A stretch of 64,000 bases of DNA, taken from the NCBI GenBank assembly GCA_965207735.1, contig OZ242296.1, positions 4,832,001-4,896,000 of the forward strand. Reading direction: 5' to 3'. The stretch is from Candidatus Versatilivorator sp. (GTDB taxonomy: Bacteria; Acidobacteriota; Terriglobia; Versatilivoradales; Versatilivoraceae). Position 1 is the stretch's first letter. The number at the start of each line of letters is the position of its first letter. Positions 1-11,700 of the stretch are shown in pieces. The position numbers were made by a program, and so were the translations under genes. A model generated the notes under the pieces. It saw only the letters and a list, made by a program, of their open reading frames with translations. It was not told the origin of the DNA and ran no database searches.

Positions 1-801
1 TTTCTCAAGGCCGTCGAGCGGGCCAAGGAATACATCAAGGCCGGGGATATTTTTCAGGTGGTCCTCTCGCAGCGGTTTACCGTGGAGGTGAAAGCCGATC
101 CCTTCACCATCTATCGTGCGCTCCGAATGGTGAATCCGTCGCCCTACATGTTCTATCTGCGGCTCAACGGCTTCTCGGTGATCGGGTCCTCTCCCGAAAG
201 ACTGGTCAAGATCTCCGAGGGAGAAGCCTACTACCGACCCATCGCGGGGACCCGACCTCGGGGCCGCCATGACGATGAGGACGCACGCCTGGCGGAAGAA
301 CTCAAGGCCGACGCCAAGGAGCGGGCCGAGCACATCATGCTGGTGGATCTGGGCCGAAACGATCTGGGCAAGGTTTGCGAGTACGGCAGCGTGGAGCTGG
401 TGGATCTGATGTTCGTGGAGCGCTATTCCCACGTGATGCACCTGGTGTCCACCCTGCGCGGTCGACTTCGCCCCGGCCTGGACCGCTTCGATGCGCTGAT
501 GGCCTGTTTCCCGGCCGGCACCGTGACCGGCGCCCCCAAAGTGCGGGCCATGGAGATCATCGAGGAGTTGGAGCCCAGCCTGCGAAGTGTCTACGCTGGG
601 GCCATCCTCTATCTGGACTTCTCCGGCAATCTGGATTCCTGCATCTCCATTCGGACCCTGGTGGTCAAGGATGGCAAGGCCTATGTCCAGGCAGGCGCCG
701 GAATCGTGGCCGACTCGGTTCCGGAGAGGGAATTCCAGGAGACCCTCAACAAGGCCCGAGCCCTTCTCAAGGCCCTGGAGCTGGCGGGGAAGGGACTGTA
801 G
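1..801 (+). CDS. trpE: Anthranilate synthase component I (5'-partial, runs off window start)
   Basis: Frame open from base 1 ([25 protein letters not shown]); [27 protein letters not shown] and [11 protein letters not shown] motifs; first gene of trp cluster. Confidence 0.96.
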   Translation, partial: FLKAVERAKEYIKAGDIFQVVLSQRFTVEVKADPFTIYRALRMVNPSPYMFYLRLNGFSVIGSSPERLVKISEGEAYYRPIAGTRPRGRHDDEDARLAEELKADAKERAEHIMLVDLGRNDLGKVCEYGSVELVDLMFVERYSHVMHLVSTLRGRLRPGLDRFDALMACFPAGTVTGAPKVRAMEIIEELEPSLRSVYAGAILYLDFSGNLDSCISIRTLVVKDGKAYVQAGAGIVADSVPEREFQETLNKARALLKALELAGKGL

Positions 802-822
802 GGGCAACCCTTGTGGTTGCCC
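798..822 (+). repeat. GTAG-type REP palindrome overlapping the trpE stop
   Basis: GTAG-GGGCAACC-CTTGT-GGTTGCCC; near-identical copy at 19828. Confidence 0.7.
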
Positions 823-870
823 GGTTTTCCTGGAAAGGCATCGGTAAACCAGGCGAAGTCCGGCAATGCC

Positions 871-1434
871 ATGATTCTGGTCATCGACAACTACGATTCT
901 TTTACCTACAACCTGGTCCAGTATCTGGGGGAATTGGGGGAAGAGGTCGTGGTTCACCGAAACGATCACATCGATGTTTCCGGGGTAGAGTCCGGCAAGC
1001 CCCAGAAGATCGTCATTTCGCCCGGCCCCGGCGTTCCCGACAATGCCGGTGTGACGCTGGAGCTCATCGACCGGTTCGCGGGCAGGGTTCCGATCCTGGG
1101 AGTCTGTCTTGGCCATCAGGCCATCGGCCAGGCGTTCGGAGGAAAGGTCGTTCCGGCCCCCTACCTGATGCACGGCAAGATCAGCCAGATCCGTCACGAT
1201 CGCAAAACCATCTTCCAAGGTCTTCCCGATGCCTTCCCGGCGACCCGCTACCACTCCCTCATGGTCGAGAAGGAGAGTCTGCCGGCATGCCTGGAGATCT
1301 CCGCATCCTCCGGCGACGGCCTGATCATGGGTCTTCGCCACCGCCGGTTTGCGGTCGAGGGGGTTCAGTTCCATCCGGAATCGGTGTTGACCACCGACGG
1401 CAAGCAATTGCTCGAGAACTTTTTGAGGCTTTGA
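871..1434 (+). CDS. trpG: Anthranilate synthase component II (glutamine amidotransferase)
   Basis: [14 protein letters not shown] start, SPGPG, GVCLGHQ, QFHPES; ATG at 871 preferred over the 811 ORF start. Confidence 0.95.
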   Translation: MILVIDNYDSFTYNLVQYLGELGEEVVVHRNDHIDVSGVESGKPQKIVISPGPGVPDNAGVTLELIDRFAGRVPILGVCLGHQAIGQAFGGKVVPAPYLMHGKISQIRHDRKTIFQGLPDAFPATRYHSLMVEKESLPACLEISASSGDGLIMGLRHRRFAVEGVQFHPESVLTTDGKQLLENFLRL

Positions 1435-1440
1435 GATTCC

Positions 1441-2502
1441 ATGACTGCAACAGCACTTTACCAGGAGGCAATCCGGAAGTTTCAGGGCGGCGATTCTCTG
1501 GATGAGGGCCAATCCGAGCGGTTGATCGCCGCCATTCTGGACCGCCAGCTCAGTGAGGTGCAGGTGGCGGCCCTTCTGGCCGGATTGGCGGTGAAGGGAG
1601 AGATCGCCTCGGAAATCACCGGTTTCGCCCGGGGCATGCGGAGAGTGGCCGTCGCGCTCGATCACGGGCAGAAGGGCCTGGTGGACACCGCCGGTACCGG
1701 CGGGGATGGATCCGGCACTTTCAATATCTCCACCACGGCGGCATTCGTCATTGCCGGAGCGGGCGTGCCGGTGGCCAAGCACGGCAACCGGGCGATTTCC
1801 GGACAGTGCGGCAGCGCAGACGTGCTGGCCCAGTTGGGCGTCAGGATCGATGCCCCCCAGGAGGTCCTGAAGCACTGCCTGAAGACCTGCGGCATTACCT
1901 TTCTGTTCGCTCCGGTCTTTCATCAGGCGATGAAGGTGGTGGCGCCCCTGAGGCGAAATCTGGCCATGCGAACCATCTTCAACCTGTTGGGTCCCCTGCT
2001 CAATCCGGCCGGGGCCCGCCGGCAGATCATCGGGGTGTTTGCTCCCCATCTCACCGAGGTGTTCGCTCAGGTGTTGGAGTCTCTCGGGTGCGAACACGCT
2101 CTCATTTTCTCCGCGGACGACGGTCTGGATGAGATCTCGATAGCGGGGCCGACCCGGGTCACCGAGCTCAAGGGTGGCGCCATCCGGACCGACAGGCTGA
2201 GCCCTCAGGATCTGGGGTTCCAGAGCCGGTCCCTGGACCAGATAAAGGGCGGGGGGCCGCCGGAAAACGCCCGGATACTGCGGGGGGTTCTGGAGGGCGA
2301 GTGCACCGAAGGCCAAAGGGATGTCGTACTTCTGAACGCTGCCGCAGGCATTTATGTGTCGGGGCGCGCGGATTCACTTCAGACCGCGGTGGAGGTAGCC
2401 CGCCAGTCCCTGGATCAGGGGTGGGCGCTGGCCCGGCTGGAACAGTTGGTGGAGTGCTCCAACCGGCAGGTTAAAGCCGACCCTTCGGATGGGGTGTTGT
2501 AG
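1441..2502 (+). CDS. trpD: Anthranilate phosphoribosyltransferase
   Basis: DTAGTGGDGSGTFNIST, KHGNR, RTIFNLLGPLLNP, GLDEIS. Confidence 0.96.
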   Translation: MTATALYQEAIRKFQGGDSLDEGQSERLIAAILDRQLSEVQVAALLAGLAVKGEIASEITGFARGMRRVAVALDHGQKGLVDTAGTGGDGSGTFNISTTAAFVIAGAGVPVAKHGNRAISGQCGSADVLAQLGVRIDAPQEVLKHCLKTCGITFLFAPVFHQAMKVVAPLRRNLAMRTIFNLLGPLLNPAGARRQIIGVFAPHLTEVFAQVLESLGCEHALIFSADDGLDEISIAGPTRVTELKGGAIRTDRLSPQDLGFQSRSLDQIKGGGPPENARILRGVLEGECTEGQRDVVLLNAAAGIYVSGRADSLQTAVEVARQSLDQGWALARLEQLVECSNRQVKADPSDGVL

Positions 2503-2607
2503 TGAGCGGGTGGAAGGCAAGGCGGCGCCGGATGCCGAACGGGGCCGGCAACCGCCGACCCGCAAGAAAAACACCCGGCGGGCAGCAACAGGCGTGTGAG
2601 GAAACCG

Positions 2608-3411
2608 ATGCCGGAAAACGTCCTGACTGAAATCGTCAAGGCCCGACAAAGACAGGTCCAGCATCTCAAGAGAACCCACCCCTTGTCCGAGGAAGAGGTC
2701 TTGGCAGGACGCCGGGAGCCCGGAATGAGGCCCCGTTCCCTTATGGGCGCCTTGAGCCGCACGGGACCGGTCAGTTGCATTGCCGAAATCAAGAGGGCCT
2801 CCCCTTCCAGGGGGCTTTTGAGAGATCCCTTCGAGCCGATTGAAATCGCCGTGGATTATGAATCCAACGGGGCCGCGGCCGTCTCCGTTCTGACGGAACA
2901 ACACTATTTTCAAGGCTCCATGAAGCACCTGGAGTCGGTCCGGCGCAGCATCTCCCGGCCCGTGCTGCGCAAGGATTTCATCCTGGATCCCTATCAGGTC
3001 TATGAATCCGCCGCCGGTTGCGCCGACGCCTTGCTGCTGATTGCAGCCATCCTGACGCCGCGACGGCTCTTGAAGCTAAAGCAGTTGGCGGACCGCCTGG
3101 GCCTTGAAGTCCTGGTGGAGGTCCATGACCGGCAGGAGCTCAAGGTTGCCTTGGACGCGGGAGCCGGGTTGATCGGTGTCAACAATCGAAACCTGAAGAC
3201 GTTCGAGGTCAATCTGAGCACCTCCATGGAACTGGCCCCTCATATTCCGGAATCGGTCGTTTCCGTGAGCGAGAGCGGGATCAGGGCTCCGGGGGACATT
3301 CGACAGTTGCGGGAGGCCGGCTTCGACGCCTTTCTGATCGGCGAGTTGTTGATGAAGTCGGATCAACCCGGCAGGGCCTTGCGGGAGTTGATGATTCACA
3401 GTGCCAACTAG
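2608..3411 (+). CDS. trpC: Indole-3-glycerol phosphate synthase
   Basis: IAEIKRASPSRG, LRKDFI, GVNNRNL, SESGI. Confidence 0.96.
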   Translation: MPENVLTEIVKARQRQVQHLKRTHPLSEEEVLAGRREPGMRPRSLMGALSRTGPVSCIAEIKRASPSRGLLRDPFEPIEIAVDYESNGAAAVSVLTEQHYFQGSMKHLESVRRSISRPVLRKDFILDPYQVYESAAGCADALLLIAAILTPRRLLKLKQLADRLGLEVLVEVHDRQELKVALDAGAGLIGVNNRNLKTFEVNLSTSMELAPHIPESVVSVSESGIRAPGDIRQLREAGFDAFLIGELLMKSDQPGRALRELMIHSAN

Positions 3412-3427
3412 GTGACGTGAACAAGCC

Positions 3428-4063
3428 ATGCAGGTCAAGACGAAAATCTGCGGCATCACCAATTTGGAAGATGCGCGGGCGGCCGTCGAGCTTGGAGCCG
3501 ACGCGCTGGGTTTTAATTTCTACCGCAAGAGCCCCCGATTCATCGAACCCGAACGGGTCAGGTCGCTGATTGAAGCACTGCCGCCGCTGGTTTCGACGGT
3601 GGGCGTCTTTGTGAACGAGGACTTTCCCGAGCAGGTAGTCGAGATTGCCCGGGCCACCGGCCTGGGGACGGTCCAGTTGCACGGCTCGGAAAGCCCGGAC
3701 TACGTCCGTCGGATCAGGCCGCTGCCGGTGTTCAAGGCCTTCGGCGTGGGGCCGCGTTTCGAGCTGGACCGAATCGCAGCCTTTCCCGTGCAGGCTTTTT
3801 TGCTGGACACGGCCGGTGGGCCCCTCCCGGGGGGCACGGGGAGGGCCTTTGACTGGGACCTGGCCCTGACGGCCAAGCGGCTGGGGCATGTCATTCTGGC
3901 GGGAGGGCTGAACCCGGGAAACGTGTTTGAAGCCATCCGCCGGGTGCAGCCCTACGGCATCGACGTCTGTTCGGGCATCGAGAGGGAACCGGGTCTGAAG
4001 GACCACGGGAAGATGACAGCGCTCTTCGGTGAGATCCGTCGGGCCCGGCGGGAACTGAAATGA
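3428..4063 (+). CDS. trpF: Phosphoribosylanthranilate isomerase
   Basis: [28 protein letters not shown]. Confidence 0.96.
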   Translation: MQVKTKICGITNLEDARAAVELGADALGFNFYRKSPRFIEPERVRSLIEALPPLVSTVGVFVNEDFPEQVVEIARATGLGTVQLHGSESPDYVRRIRPLPVFKAFGVGPRFELDRIAAFPVQAFLLDTAGGPLPGGTGRAFDWDLALTAKRLGHVILAGGLNPGNVFEAIRRVQPYGIDVCSGIEREPGLKDHGKMTALFGEIRRARRELK

Positions 4064-5274
4064 CCGGAACGAGCATGAGGGGAAACATGGGGCAATATCC
4101 CGACAGCCGGGGGCACTTCGGTCCCTACGGGGGCAAGTTCGTGCCCGAGACCCTGATGCATCCGCTGGAAGAACTGGAGGAGGCTTACCTGGAGGCCCGT
4201 CGGGACCCCGGCTTTCAGACGGAGCTGGATCGACTCTTGCGAGACTACAGTGGACGGCCGACTCCCCTGTCGCGGGCCGATCGACTCTCCGGGCAGCTTG
4301 GCGGCGCCAGGGTGTACCTCAAGCGGGAGGACCTGAACCATACCGGAGCCCACAAGATCAACAATTGCCTGGGCCAGGGGTTGCTGGCGAAGCGGATGGG
4401 CAAGAAGCGGGTCATCGCCGAGACCGGGGCTGGACAGCACGGCGTCGCCACCGCAACCGTGTGCGCCCTGCTCGACCTGGAGTGCGAGGTCTACATGGGC
4501 GAGGAAGACATGCGGCGGCAGGAGTTGAACGTCTTTCGCATGCGCCTGCTGGGAGCCAGGGTCCACGGAGTCTCCAGCGGCAGTCAAACATTGAAGGACG
4601 CCATCAACGAGGCCATCCGGGATTGGGTCACCAACGTGGGCAGCACCTACTACCTGATCGGTTCGGTTCTCAGTGCCCACCCTTACCCCATGATGGTGAG
4701 GGATTTTCAGGCGGTCATCGGAAGGGAGGCCCGAGAGCAGATTCTGGAACGGGAGGGCCGGCTGCCTCACACCCTGGTGGCCTGTGTCGGAGGGGGCAGC
4801 AATGCCATCGGGCTCTTCCATGCGTTCCTGGAGGACGAAACGGTGGCCATGGTGGGAGTCGAGGCCGGCGGTCGGGGCTCTAACCTGGGTGAGCATGCGG
4901 CTCGCTTCAGCGGCGGGAAGCCGGGGATTCTCCAGGGAACCTACTCCTACGTGCTACAGGACGAAGATGGACAGATCGCCAACACCCACTCCATCTCGGC
5001 AGGCCTGGACTACGCTTCGGTGGGGCCGGAGCACGCTTTCCTGAGAGATCAGGGACGCATCCGCTATACCTCCGCCACCGACGAGGAGACCCTGGAAGCT
5101 CTCCATCTGCTGAGTCGTACCGAGGGAATCATATCGGCCCTGGAGAGCGCTCACGCCGTCGCCGAGGTCATGCGGCTGGCCCCCGGGCTCCGGGAAGAGG
5201 ACCTGCTGGTGGTGAATCTGTCCGGCCGGGGCGACAAGGATGTCCAGACGGTGGCGGCCGCCGATTCAGGATGA
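4060..5274 (+). CDS. trpB: Tryptophan synthase beta chain (alternative start 4087)
   Basis: [18 protein letters not shown] lysine, [24 protein letters not shown]. Confidence 0.97.
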   Translation: MTGTSMRGNMGQYPDSRGHFGPYGGKFVPETLMHPLEELEEAYLEARRDPGFQTELDRLLRDYSGRPTPLSRADRLSGQLGGARVYLKREDLNHTGAHKINNCLGQGLLAKRMGKKRVIAETGAGQHGVATATVCALLDLECEVYMGEEDMRRQELNVFRMRLLGARVHGVSSGSQTLKDAINEAIRDWVTNVGSTYYLIGSVLSAHPYPMMVRDFQAVIGREAREQILEREGRLPHTLVACVGGGSNAIGLFHAFLEDETVAMVGVEAGGRGSNLGEHAARFSGGKPGILQGTYSYVLQDEDGQIANTHSISAGLDYASVGPEHAFLRDQGRIRYTSATDEETLEALHLLSRTEGIISALESAHAVAEVMRLAPGLREEDLLVVNLSGRGDKDVQTVAAADSG

Positions 5275-5359
5275 ACTTGAAAGAGGATCGACGGGAGGCC
5301 GCCTCGCGGGACGTGGGGAAGCGTGGGACGGGCGCCTTCCGTCGGCGATGGATTGAGAA

Positions 5360-6151
5360 ATGACCCGCATTGGGAAGATGTTCGACCAGGCCCGGCAACA
5401 GGGAAGAGGCGCGTTTATCCCTTATGTCACCTTGGGCGATCCCGATCTGGAGACGTCCGGGCGGGTCGTGCTCGAATTGGAAGCGGCGGGCGCCGACCTG
5501 ATCGAGCTGGGTGTCCCCTTCTCGGACCCCCTGGCTGACGGACCGGTGATTCAGAGAGCCACCGAGCGAGCTTTGGCTCGAGGGTTCACATTGGAAAAGG
5601 GGTTGGCGCTGGTGGCCGACCTGCGCCGCCGGACCCAGGTTCCCCTGTTGCTCTTCAGCTACTACAATCCGTTGTTTGCCTATGGGTTCGAGAGGCTGGC
5701 AGCGGCGGCCAAACAGCGCGGAATCGACGGTTTCCTGATTACCGATCTCTCGGTGGAAGAGGCGGAGGGTCCCCTGCAGGTGCTTCGAGGGGCAGGGCTG
5801 GACGCTGTTTTTCTGGCGGCTCCCACCAGCACCGACGAAAGGATTCGAAAAATCGCCGCCTACTCCTCCGGGTTCATCTATGCCGTCTCGCGCACGGGCG
5901 TAACCGGGGCTCGAAAGTCGCTTTCCGAAGGGGTCCGGTCCCTGATCCAAAAGATTCGTTCGCAGACGTCCCTTCCTGTCGCCGTGGGGTTCGGAGTCTC
6001 GGAGCCGGATCATCTGCGCCAGGTATGGTCCCAGGCCGAAGGCGCGGTGGTGGGGAGCGCCATCGTCGGTTGTATCGAGCGGAACCTGGGTCAGCCGGAT
6101 CTGGCGGAACGGGTTGGAGGGTTTGCGCGGTGGCTCAAGGGAGGGTGCTAG
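5360..6151 (+). CDS. trpA: Tryptophan synthase alpha chain
   Basis: ELGVPFSDPLADGPVIQ, SRTGVTG, VGFGV, VVGSA. Confidence 0.97.
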   Translation: MTRIGKMFDQARQQGRGAFIPYVTLGDPDLETSGRVVLELEAAGADLIELGVPFSDPLADGPVIQRATERALARGFTLEKGLALVADLRRRTQVPLLLFSYYNPLFAYGFERLAAAAKQRGIDGFLITDLSVEEAEGPLQVLRGAGLDAVFLAAPTSTDERIRKIAAYSSGFIYAVSRTGVTGARKSLSEGVRSLIQKIRSQTSLPVAVGFGVSEPDHLRQVWSQAEGAVVGSAIVGCIERNLGQPDLAERVGGFARWLKGGC

Positions 6152-6154
6152 ACC

Positions 6155-6460
6155 ATGGATATTTCCGATTGGCGAGAGCGAATTGACGAGGTCGATGCCA
6201 AGCTGGTCGACCTGTTGTCGGATCGTTCCGGTTGCGTGATGGAGATCGGCAAGATCAAGAGCCGCCGGCAGCTCGCGGTGAGAGATCCCCGGCGGGAAGA
6301 ACGAATCCTTGGGCGGGTCGTCCGCAACAACAAGGGGCCTCTTGCCGATGAAGCGGTGGCCAGGATCTTCGAAACCATCATTCACGAGTGCATTCGGTTG
6401 GAGGAGCAGTTGGAGAAAAAGCAAGGACTTGCCGGCAGGAACTCCCCCGGAACGCTATAG
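6155..6460 (+). CDS. Chorismate mutase (AroQ type)
   Basis: WRERIDEVD..L..LL..R, IGKIK, DPRRE pattern; directly after trpA. Confidence 0.9.
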   Translation: MDISDWRERIDEVDAKLVDLLSDRSGCVMEIGKIKSRRQLAVRDPRREERILGRVVRNNKGPLADEAVARIFETIIHECIRLEEQLEKKQGLAGRNSPGTL

Positions 6461-6580
6461 TTCGAATGATCCGCCCGGCAGGGCGGGGGAGCCGCCAACC
6501 GGCGCCACCAGGTCGTTGCCACTGCAACGCCCTCAACCAACCCGCCCCTCTTCAGGATCCGGGGGCTCCAGGAGACGGCA

Positions 6581-7273
6581 GTGAACAAGGTCATTCGCGA
6601 TGCCGGACAGGCGGTCAGCGACATCGCCGACGGCGCCACCATCATGATGGGCGGCTTCGGCTTGTGCGGCATTCCGGAGAATCTCATCCACGCGTTGCGG
6701 GACCAGGGCGCCAGAGATCTGACAGTGATCAGCAACAACGCCGGCATTGACGATTTCGGCATCGGAATCCTGTTGGAGAAACGCCAAGTCCGAAAAATGA
6801 TTGCGACCTACGTGGGCGAAAATCGGCTCTTCGAAGAACTGGTGCTCAAGGGCGAGCTGGAAGTGGAGCTATGTCCCCAGGGAACCTTCGCCGAGCGTAT
6901 CCGCGCCGGAGGAGCCGGGATCGGCGGGTTCTATACTCCCACGGGCTACGGAACCGTAGTTGCCGAGGGCAAGGAAACCCGGTCCTGGGGCGGTGAGCGC
7001 TACGTCCTGGAGCTTCCCCTGAAGGCCGACTTCGCCTTCGTCAAGGCTCATTGGGGAGACCGGGCCGGCAACCTGGTCTATCGCAAGACCGCCAGGAACT
7101 TCAACCCCCTGATGGCCATGGCTGCCAAGGTCACCGTCGCCGAGGTGGAGGCGTTGGTGGAGCCCGGGGATCTGGATCCCGACACCATACACACGCCGGG
7201 CATTTACGTGAATCGGATCTTCGAAGGGATCGACTACCAGAAACGCATCGAGAGACGAAGAGTGAGGGAATGA
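6581..7273 (+). CDS. scoA: 3-oxoacid CoA-transferase subunit A
   Basis: [36 protein letters not shown]. Confidence 0.92.
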   Translation: MNKVIRDAGQAVSDIADGATIMMGGFGLCGIPENLIHALRDQGARDLTVISNNAGIDDFGIGILLEKRQVRKMIATYVGENRLFEELVLKGELEVELCPQGTFAERIRAGGAGIGGFYTPTGYGTVVAEGKETRSWGGERYVLELPLKADFAFVKAHWGDRAGNLVYRKTARNFNPLMAMAAKVTVAEVEALVEPGDLDPDTIHTPGIYVNRIFEGIDYQKRIERRRVRE

Positions 7274-7274
7274 C

Positions 7275-7934
7275 ATGCCGGACCAAAGACGCGACGTCAT
7301 CGTGCGGCGGGCCGCCCGGGAGCTGAGGGACGGATTCTACGTCAACCTGGGGATCGGGCTGCCCACCCTGGTGGCAAACCATATTCCCGAGGCCATGAGC
7401 GTCACCCTGCAATCGGAGAACGGCCTGCTGGGCATGGGACCTTATCCCGCGGAAGATGAGTTGGATCCGGATCTCATCAATGCGGGCAAGGAAACGGTGA
7501 CGGCGCTGGCGAGCGCCTCCTACTTCTCCAGCGCCGAATCCTTCGACATGATCCGCGGTGGCCACATCGATCTCACCATCCTGGGGGCCATGGAGGTGGA
7601 CGAACAGGGGAACCTGGCCAACTGGATGATCCCCGGGAAGATGGTCAAGGGCATGGGGGGAGCCATGGACCTGGTGGCCGGCGCCAAACGTGTGATCGTC
7701 GCCATGGAGCACCGGACCAGGAAAGGTCACCCCAAGATCCTGCCCGAATGCCGCCTTCCTCTTACCGGGGTGGGAGTGGTGGACCGGATCATCACGGAAA
7801 TGGCGGTTCTGGACGTGACTCCGCAGGGTTTGCGACTGGTGGAAATTGCCGGAGAGCTGAGCTTGGACGAGGTTCGGCAGGCGACCGCGGCCCGTTTCTC
7901 GGTGGACCCCAAACTCGAGACAATTCAAGTCTGA
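7275..7934 (+). CDS. scoB: 3-oxoacid CoA-transferase subunit B
   Basis: [14 protein letters not shown] catalytic Glu, [10 protein letters not shown]. Confidence 0.92.
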   Translation: MPDQRRDVIVRRAARELRDGFYVNLGIGLPTLVANHIPEAMSVTLQSENGLLGMGPYPAEDELDPDLINAGKETVTALASASYFSSAESFDMIRGGHIDLTILGAMEVDEQGNLANWMIPGKMVKGMGGAMDLVAGAKRVIVAMEHRTRKGHPKILPECRLPLTGVGVVDRIITEMAVLDVTPQGLRLVEIAGELSLDEVRQATAARFSVDPKLETIQV

Positions 7935-7939
7935 CCCGG

Positions 7940-8626
7940 TCAGCGGCTGTCCTGCAGGTGTTGCCGGAAGAACCGGACCATGCGAGTCCAGGTGTCTTCG
8001 GCGTCCGCTTGGTGGTAGACGTCCGGCCGGACCTCATTGAAGAAGGCGTGGTCCCGTTGGGGATAGATGTGGAACTCGACGCTTTTCCCCGCGTCCCGGA
8101 GCGCCGCTTCCAATTCACGAACCGCCTGGGGGGGTACAGAGGCGTCCTTTTCGCCGAAAAAGCCAAGCACGGGCGCCTCCAGGGCGGGAATGTCGGGTTG
8201 CACCTTGGGATGGATGCCGTAGTAGACGACGCAGGCTCCGATGCCGGGATTGGCGCAGGCCGCGTAGAGTGAGAGCTGTCCTCCCATGCAGAACCCGACG
8301 CTGCCCACGCGGGATCCGCGGGTCTCGTCCAGGCTGAGGAGGTAGTCTACCGAGCCCGCCAGGTCTCGAGCGGCTGCTTCGATGTTCAAGGCCATCATGA
8401 GCTTGCCGGCTTCGTCGGGGCTCTTGGTGGATTGGCCGTGGTACAGGTCCGGAGCCAGGGCCACGAAGCCTGCCTCGGCAAGACGATCGGCAACCCCCTT
8501 GATCTGATCCACAAGCCCCCACCACTCCTGAAGCACGACAACGCCCGGGCCGCCCGCGGCTGGCCCGGCCAGGTATCCCTGGCATTGGCCGCCGTTGCTC
8601 GAGAAAGTCACCATTTCGCCTGCCAT
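7940..8626 (-). CDS. Dienelactone hydrolase family protein
   Basis: QEWWGL, GFCMGG nucleophile, HAFFN; GGAGG RBS before ATG 8626. Confidence 0.92.
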   Translation of the reverse strand: MAGEMVTFSSNGGQCQGYLAGPAAGGPGVVVLQEWWGLVDQIKGVADRLAEAGFVALAPDLYHGQSTKSPDEAGKLMMALNIEAAARDLAGSVDYLLSLDETRGSRVGSVGFCMGGQLSLYAACANPGIGACVVYYGIHPKVQPDIPALEAPVLGFFGEKDASVPPQAVRELEAALRDAGKSVEFHIYPQRDHAFFNEVRPDVYHQADAEDTWTRMVRFFRQHLQDSR

Positions 8627-8799
8627 CTTCACGCCTCCATTGTCCTGTAGCAGCCCCTTGGGGCCGACATCGATCGAGCCGGTCGTCTCGCTGGGCGGCA
8701 GTATAACACGTCGCCCCGGGCCTGTTTTACGGGTGTCAACCGCCGACCTGATGAGAAATGCGGGCTAGATTCCGGTCCCGGACGGTCAACGCTCCCTGG

Positions 8800-11700
8800 T
8801 CACTGCAGGGGACCGCCTCCGGCGGACGGCGGCTCCAGGTCGTCGCGTCCGGCGACCGTGAGCCTGTCCAGGCCGTCCAGCGGCGCGAGATCCTTGATGC
8901 GACTCCCACCGATATGGACCCAGGCCAGCGAAGATAGCCCCCGCAGCGACCACAGGTCGCCGACAAAATTACCGCGCAGGTCCAGCCGTTGCAAGCCGTC
9001 CAGCCCCGCTATGGGTCCCAAGTTCTTGATGGCGTTGCCGGCCAGGCCCAGCGACGTCAACCGCTTCAGTCCCGAGAGCGAGTGGAGTTCCGCCAATCCG
9101 TTCCCCGCAAGCTGCAACGACTCGAGCCGTTCCAGCCCTGCCAGCGGCTGCAGGTCCCGGACCCGGTTCGCTCCTAGCTCCAGCACCTGCAGTCCCGTCA
9201 AGCCGGCCAGCGGCCACAGGTCTCCGATGCGGTTGCGATCCGCTCGCAACACCGCTAGTCGCCCCAAGGCTGCCAGCGGGCCCAGATCCTCGATGCGGTT
9301 GTCGCCCACATCCAATTCAGTCAGGGCCGACAGCGCCGCCAGTGCACGGAGATCGTCGATTAGGTTGTGCCGCACCGACAGCCGCCGGAGACCCGTCAGC
9401 ACCGCCAGTGGGCCCAGGTCTAGTGCCGCTCCGTCCAAGTTCACCGACTCCAGCGCTGGCAGTCCGGCCAATGGCCTTAGGTCCGCCAGCGGGTTGAAGC
9501 CCAGGTCGAGTGCCTTCAGGCCGGTGGCTGCCTCGATTCCGGTCAAGTCTCGGATCCCGCGGTTCCGCGCGCTGAGCGATCCCAGCCCGGCCAGCTCGCC
9601 CGCGCTGACAGGCTCCCCGGACTCCTTGCCCAAGGCCTCCCGGATCGCTGCCCGCAGTCCCGGATCGCCGATCAAGGGCACGATTCCTGGCCAGCCGTCG
9701 CGGTTCGCAGCCCCGACCTCCGCGGCCGGAGCGTCCCCGACCACGGGCACCCGATACGCCCGGACCTCGCGGTCCTCCCAGCTCGTCGACAGCAGAGTCC
9801 CACCGCCCGACCACAGCCCAGTCGGGTCCGTGTCCGCCGCACCCACCGTGATGTCCAACTGCGGCTCCCGCCGCCCGTCCGCCAGGCGGTAGGCGTGCAG
9901 CCGTTCCCGCCAGTCCGCCACCCACAGTGTCTCCCCGTTCGACCACAGCCCGACCGGCATCAGGTTGCCGCCGTCCAGCTTGATTTCCCGGTCCGCCACG
10001 CGCCGGCCGTCCGACAGCCGATACGCATGCACCGTATCGCCCAGCCACGATGAGACCCAGGCCGTCTCCCCGTCCGACCACAGCCCCGCCGGGGCCGCGT
10101 TCGCCTCCAGCGGCAGGTCGCGACCCGCCAGCCGCGACCCGTCCGCCAGCCGGTGCGCCCGCAGGCCTCCGCCGAGGCCAGCCACCCACAGTGTCTCCCC
10201 GTCCGACCACAGCCCCATCGGCGCAGCTTCCGTCGCGATGTCCTTGCCTGGCTGCCGCTCCCCGTCCGAACGGCGGTACGCGTACAGGCGCGCATCGTCC
10301 AGGTCCGCCACCCACGCAGTCTCTCCATCCGACCAGATCCCGCTCGGCCGACTGTTCTCCCGCGCCAGCGGGAAGCCCGCCGTTTCCACCTCCGAAGGCC
10401 CCTCGACGGTCGCCGTGACTCGCTGCGAAAGCCCCTTCCCGCCAGCCGTGCAGACCGCCCCTTCGGCTGAGCAGTCCGTGGTCGACGGCAGCGCCAAGAC
10501 GACATCCGCGTCGGACATCGGCTCTACGGTGATCTCCCAACGCAGGTTTGACGGCCGCTTCATGCGCCGCGCCCGCGTCACTGACCCGCCCGTCACCTCG
10601 AACGCCGTGTCCCTCAGCGTCCTGTAGCTGATCGCAGTCTCCTCGCTGAACCGCAGCTCGAATCGAAACGCGGTCTCCCCGTCATGCCTCGCCGGCGTCC
10701 CTGCGAACTGCGCCGTCAGCGGCGCCGCCGCTTCGCTTGCCGCAATCATGACCGTTGCTGAGCCGATCTCCGAACCGCCGTGCGAGGCCGTAATCGTTAC
10801 TGTTTCCTCCGATTCCTCCTCCTCATCGACCTCAGCGATCAGCGTCGCCGCTGTGGTCGTCGTCTGGAACTCGCGCAACCGCAGCGTAGCCGGCACACCG
10901 GTGTAGTCCGACCCGGACGCCGTGCCCGACAACGACAGGTCGATCGTCTGGTCCTGCTGGAACCGCACGCCGTTTGTGATCTCGACGGTAACCGTCGCCG
11001 CTGCGCCCTCCACGATCTCGGCCGGCTCCACCGACACTGCGAACGCGGGCACGTCGCTCTCCTCCAGCACCAGCGAGGCCGATGCCTGCTCTGCCGACAG
11101 CGCGTAGCCCGCGCCTTCCTGCAGCGTCGACGTCACCCCGATGTCATCCTCCACCAGCCTGTTGTTGCCCCCCTGGATCTTGTGCGTCTTGCTGGCCTGC
11201 CCTGCCCGGAACCGCACCGTCATCGGTGTAGCCCTCTGCGACCTCGTGTCCGTGACCAGCACTTGCACTTCAAGCGCTTCCGCCGTCGACCCCGTGCGGG
11301 TCAGCCTGAATGCGCCGATCGGACCGGCCACGCGCTCCTCGACCGCGACGATCGACACCACCGGCAGTTCCGCCCGTGTCACCGTCACTGTGTAGGTCTT
11401 CGTCGTCGCGCCATCCTCGGCCGTGACCGTGACGGCGATCCGGTTCGCGCCCTTGTCCAGGCCCACCTCGTGTCCCGGCTCGATGGACACCGTCGCCGCC
11501 GAATGGTTCGCCGTCGCCGTCACGGTCGTCGTCCCCACGGAATGGGATACGGTGGCTTGGTAGGTCGACACCGCGCCGGAGAACGTCCCGATGTCGATCC
11601 CGGACAAATCCAGATCCGCCAGCGTCGCGTCCTGTGAGACGGAGGTGATCGTCACGGTCGCCGAGCCGATCGGGGACTCGCCCAGGGAGGCCGTCACCGT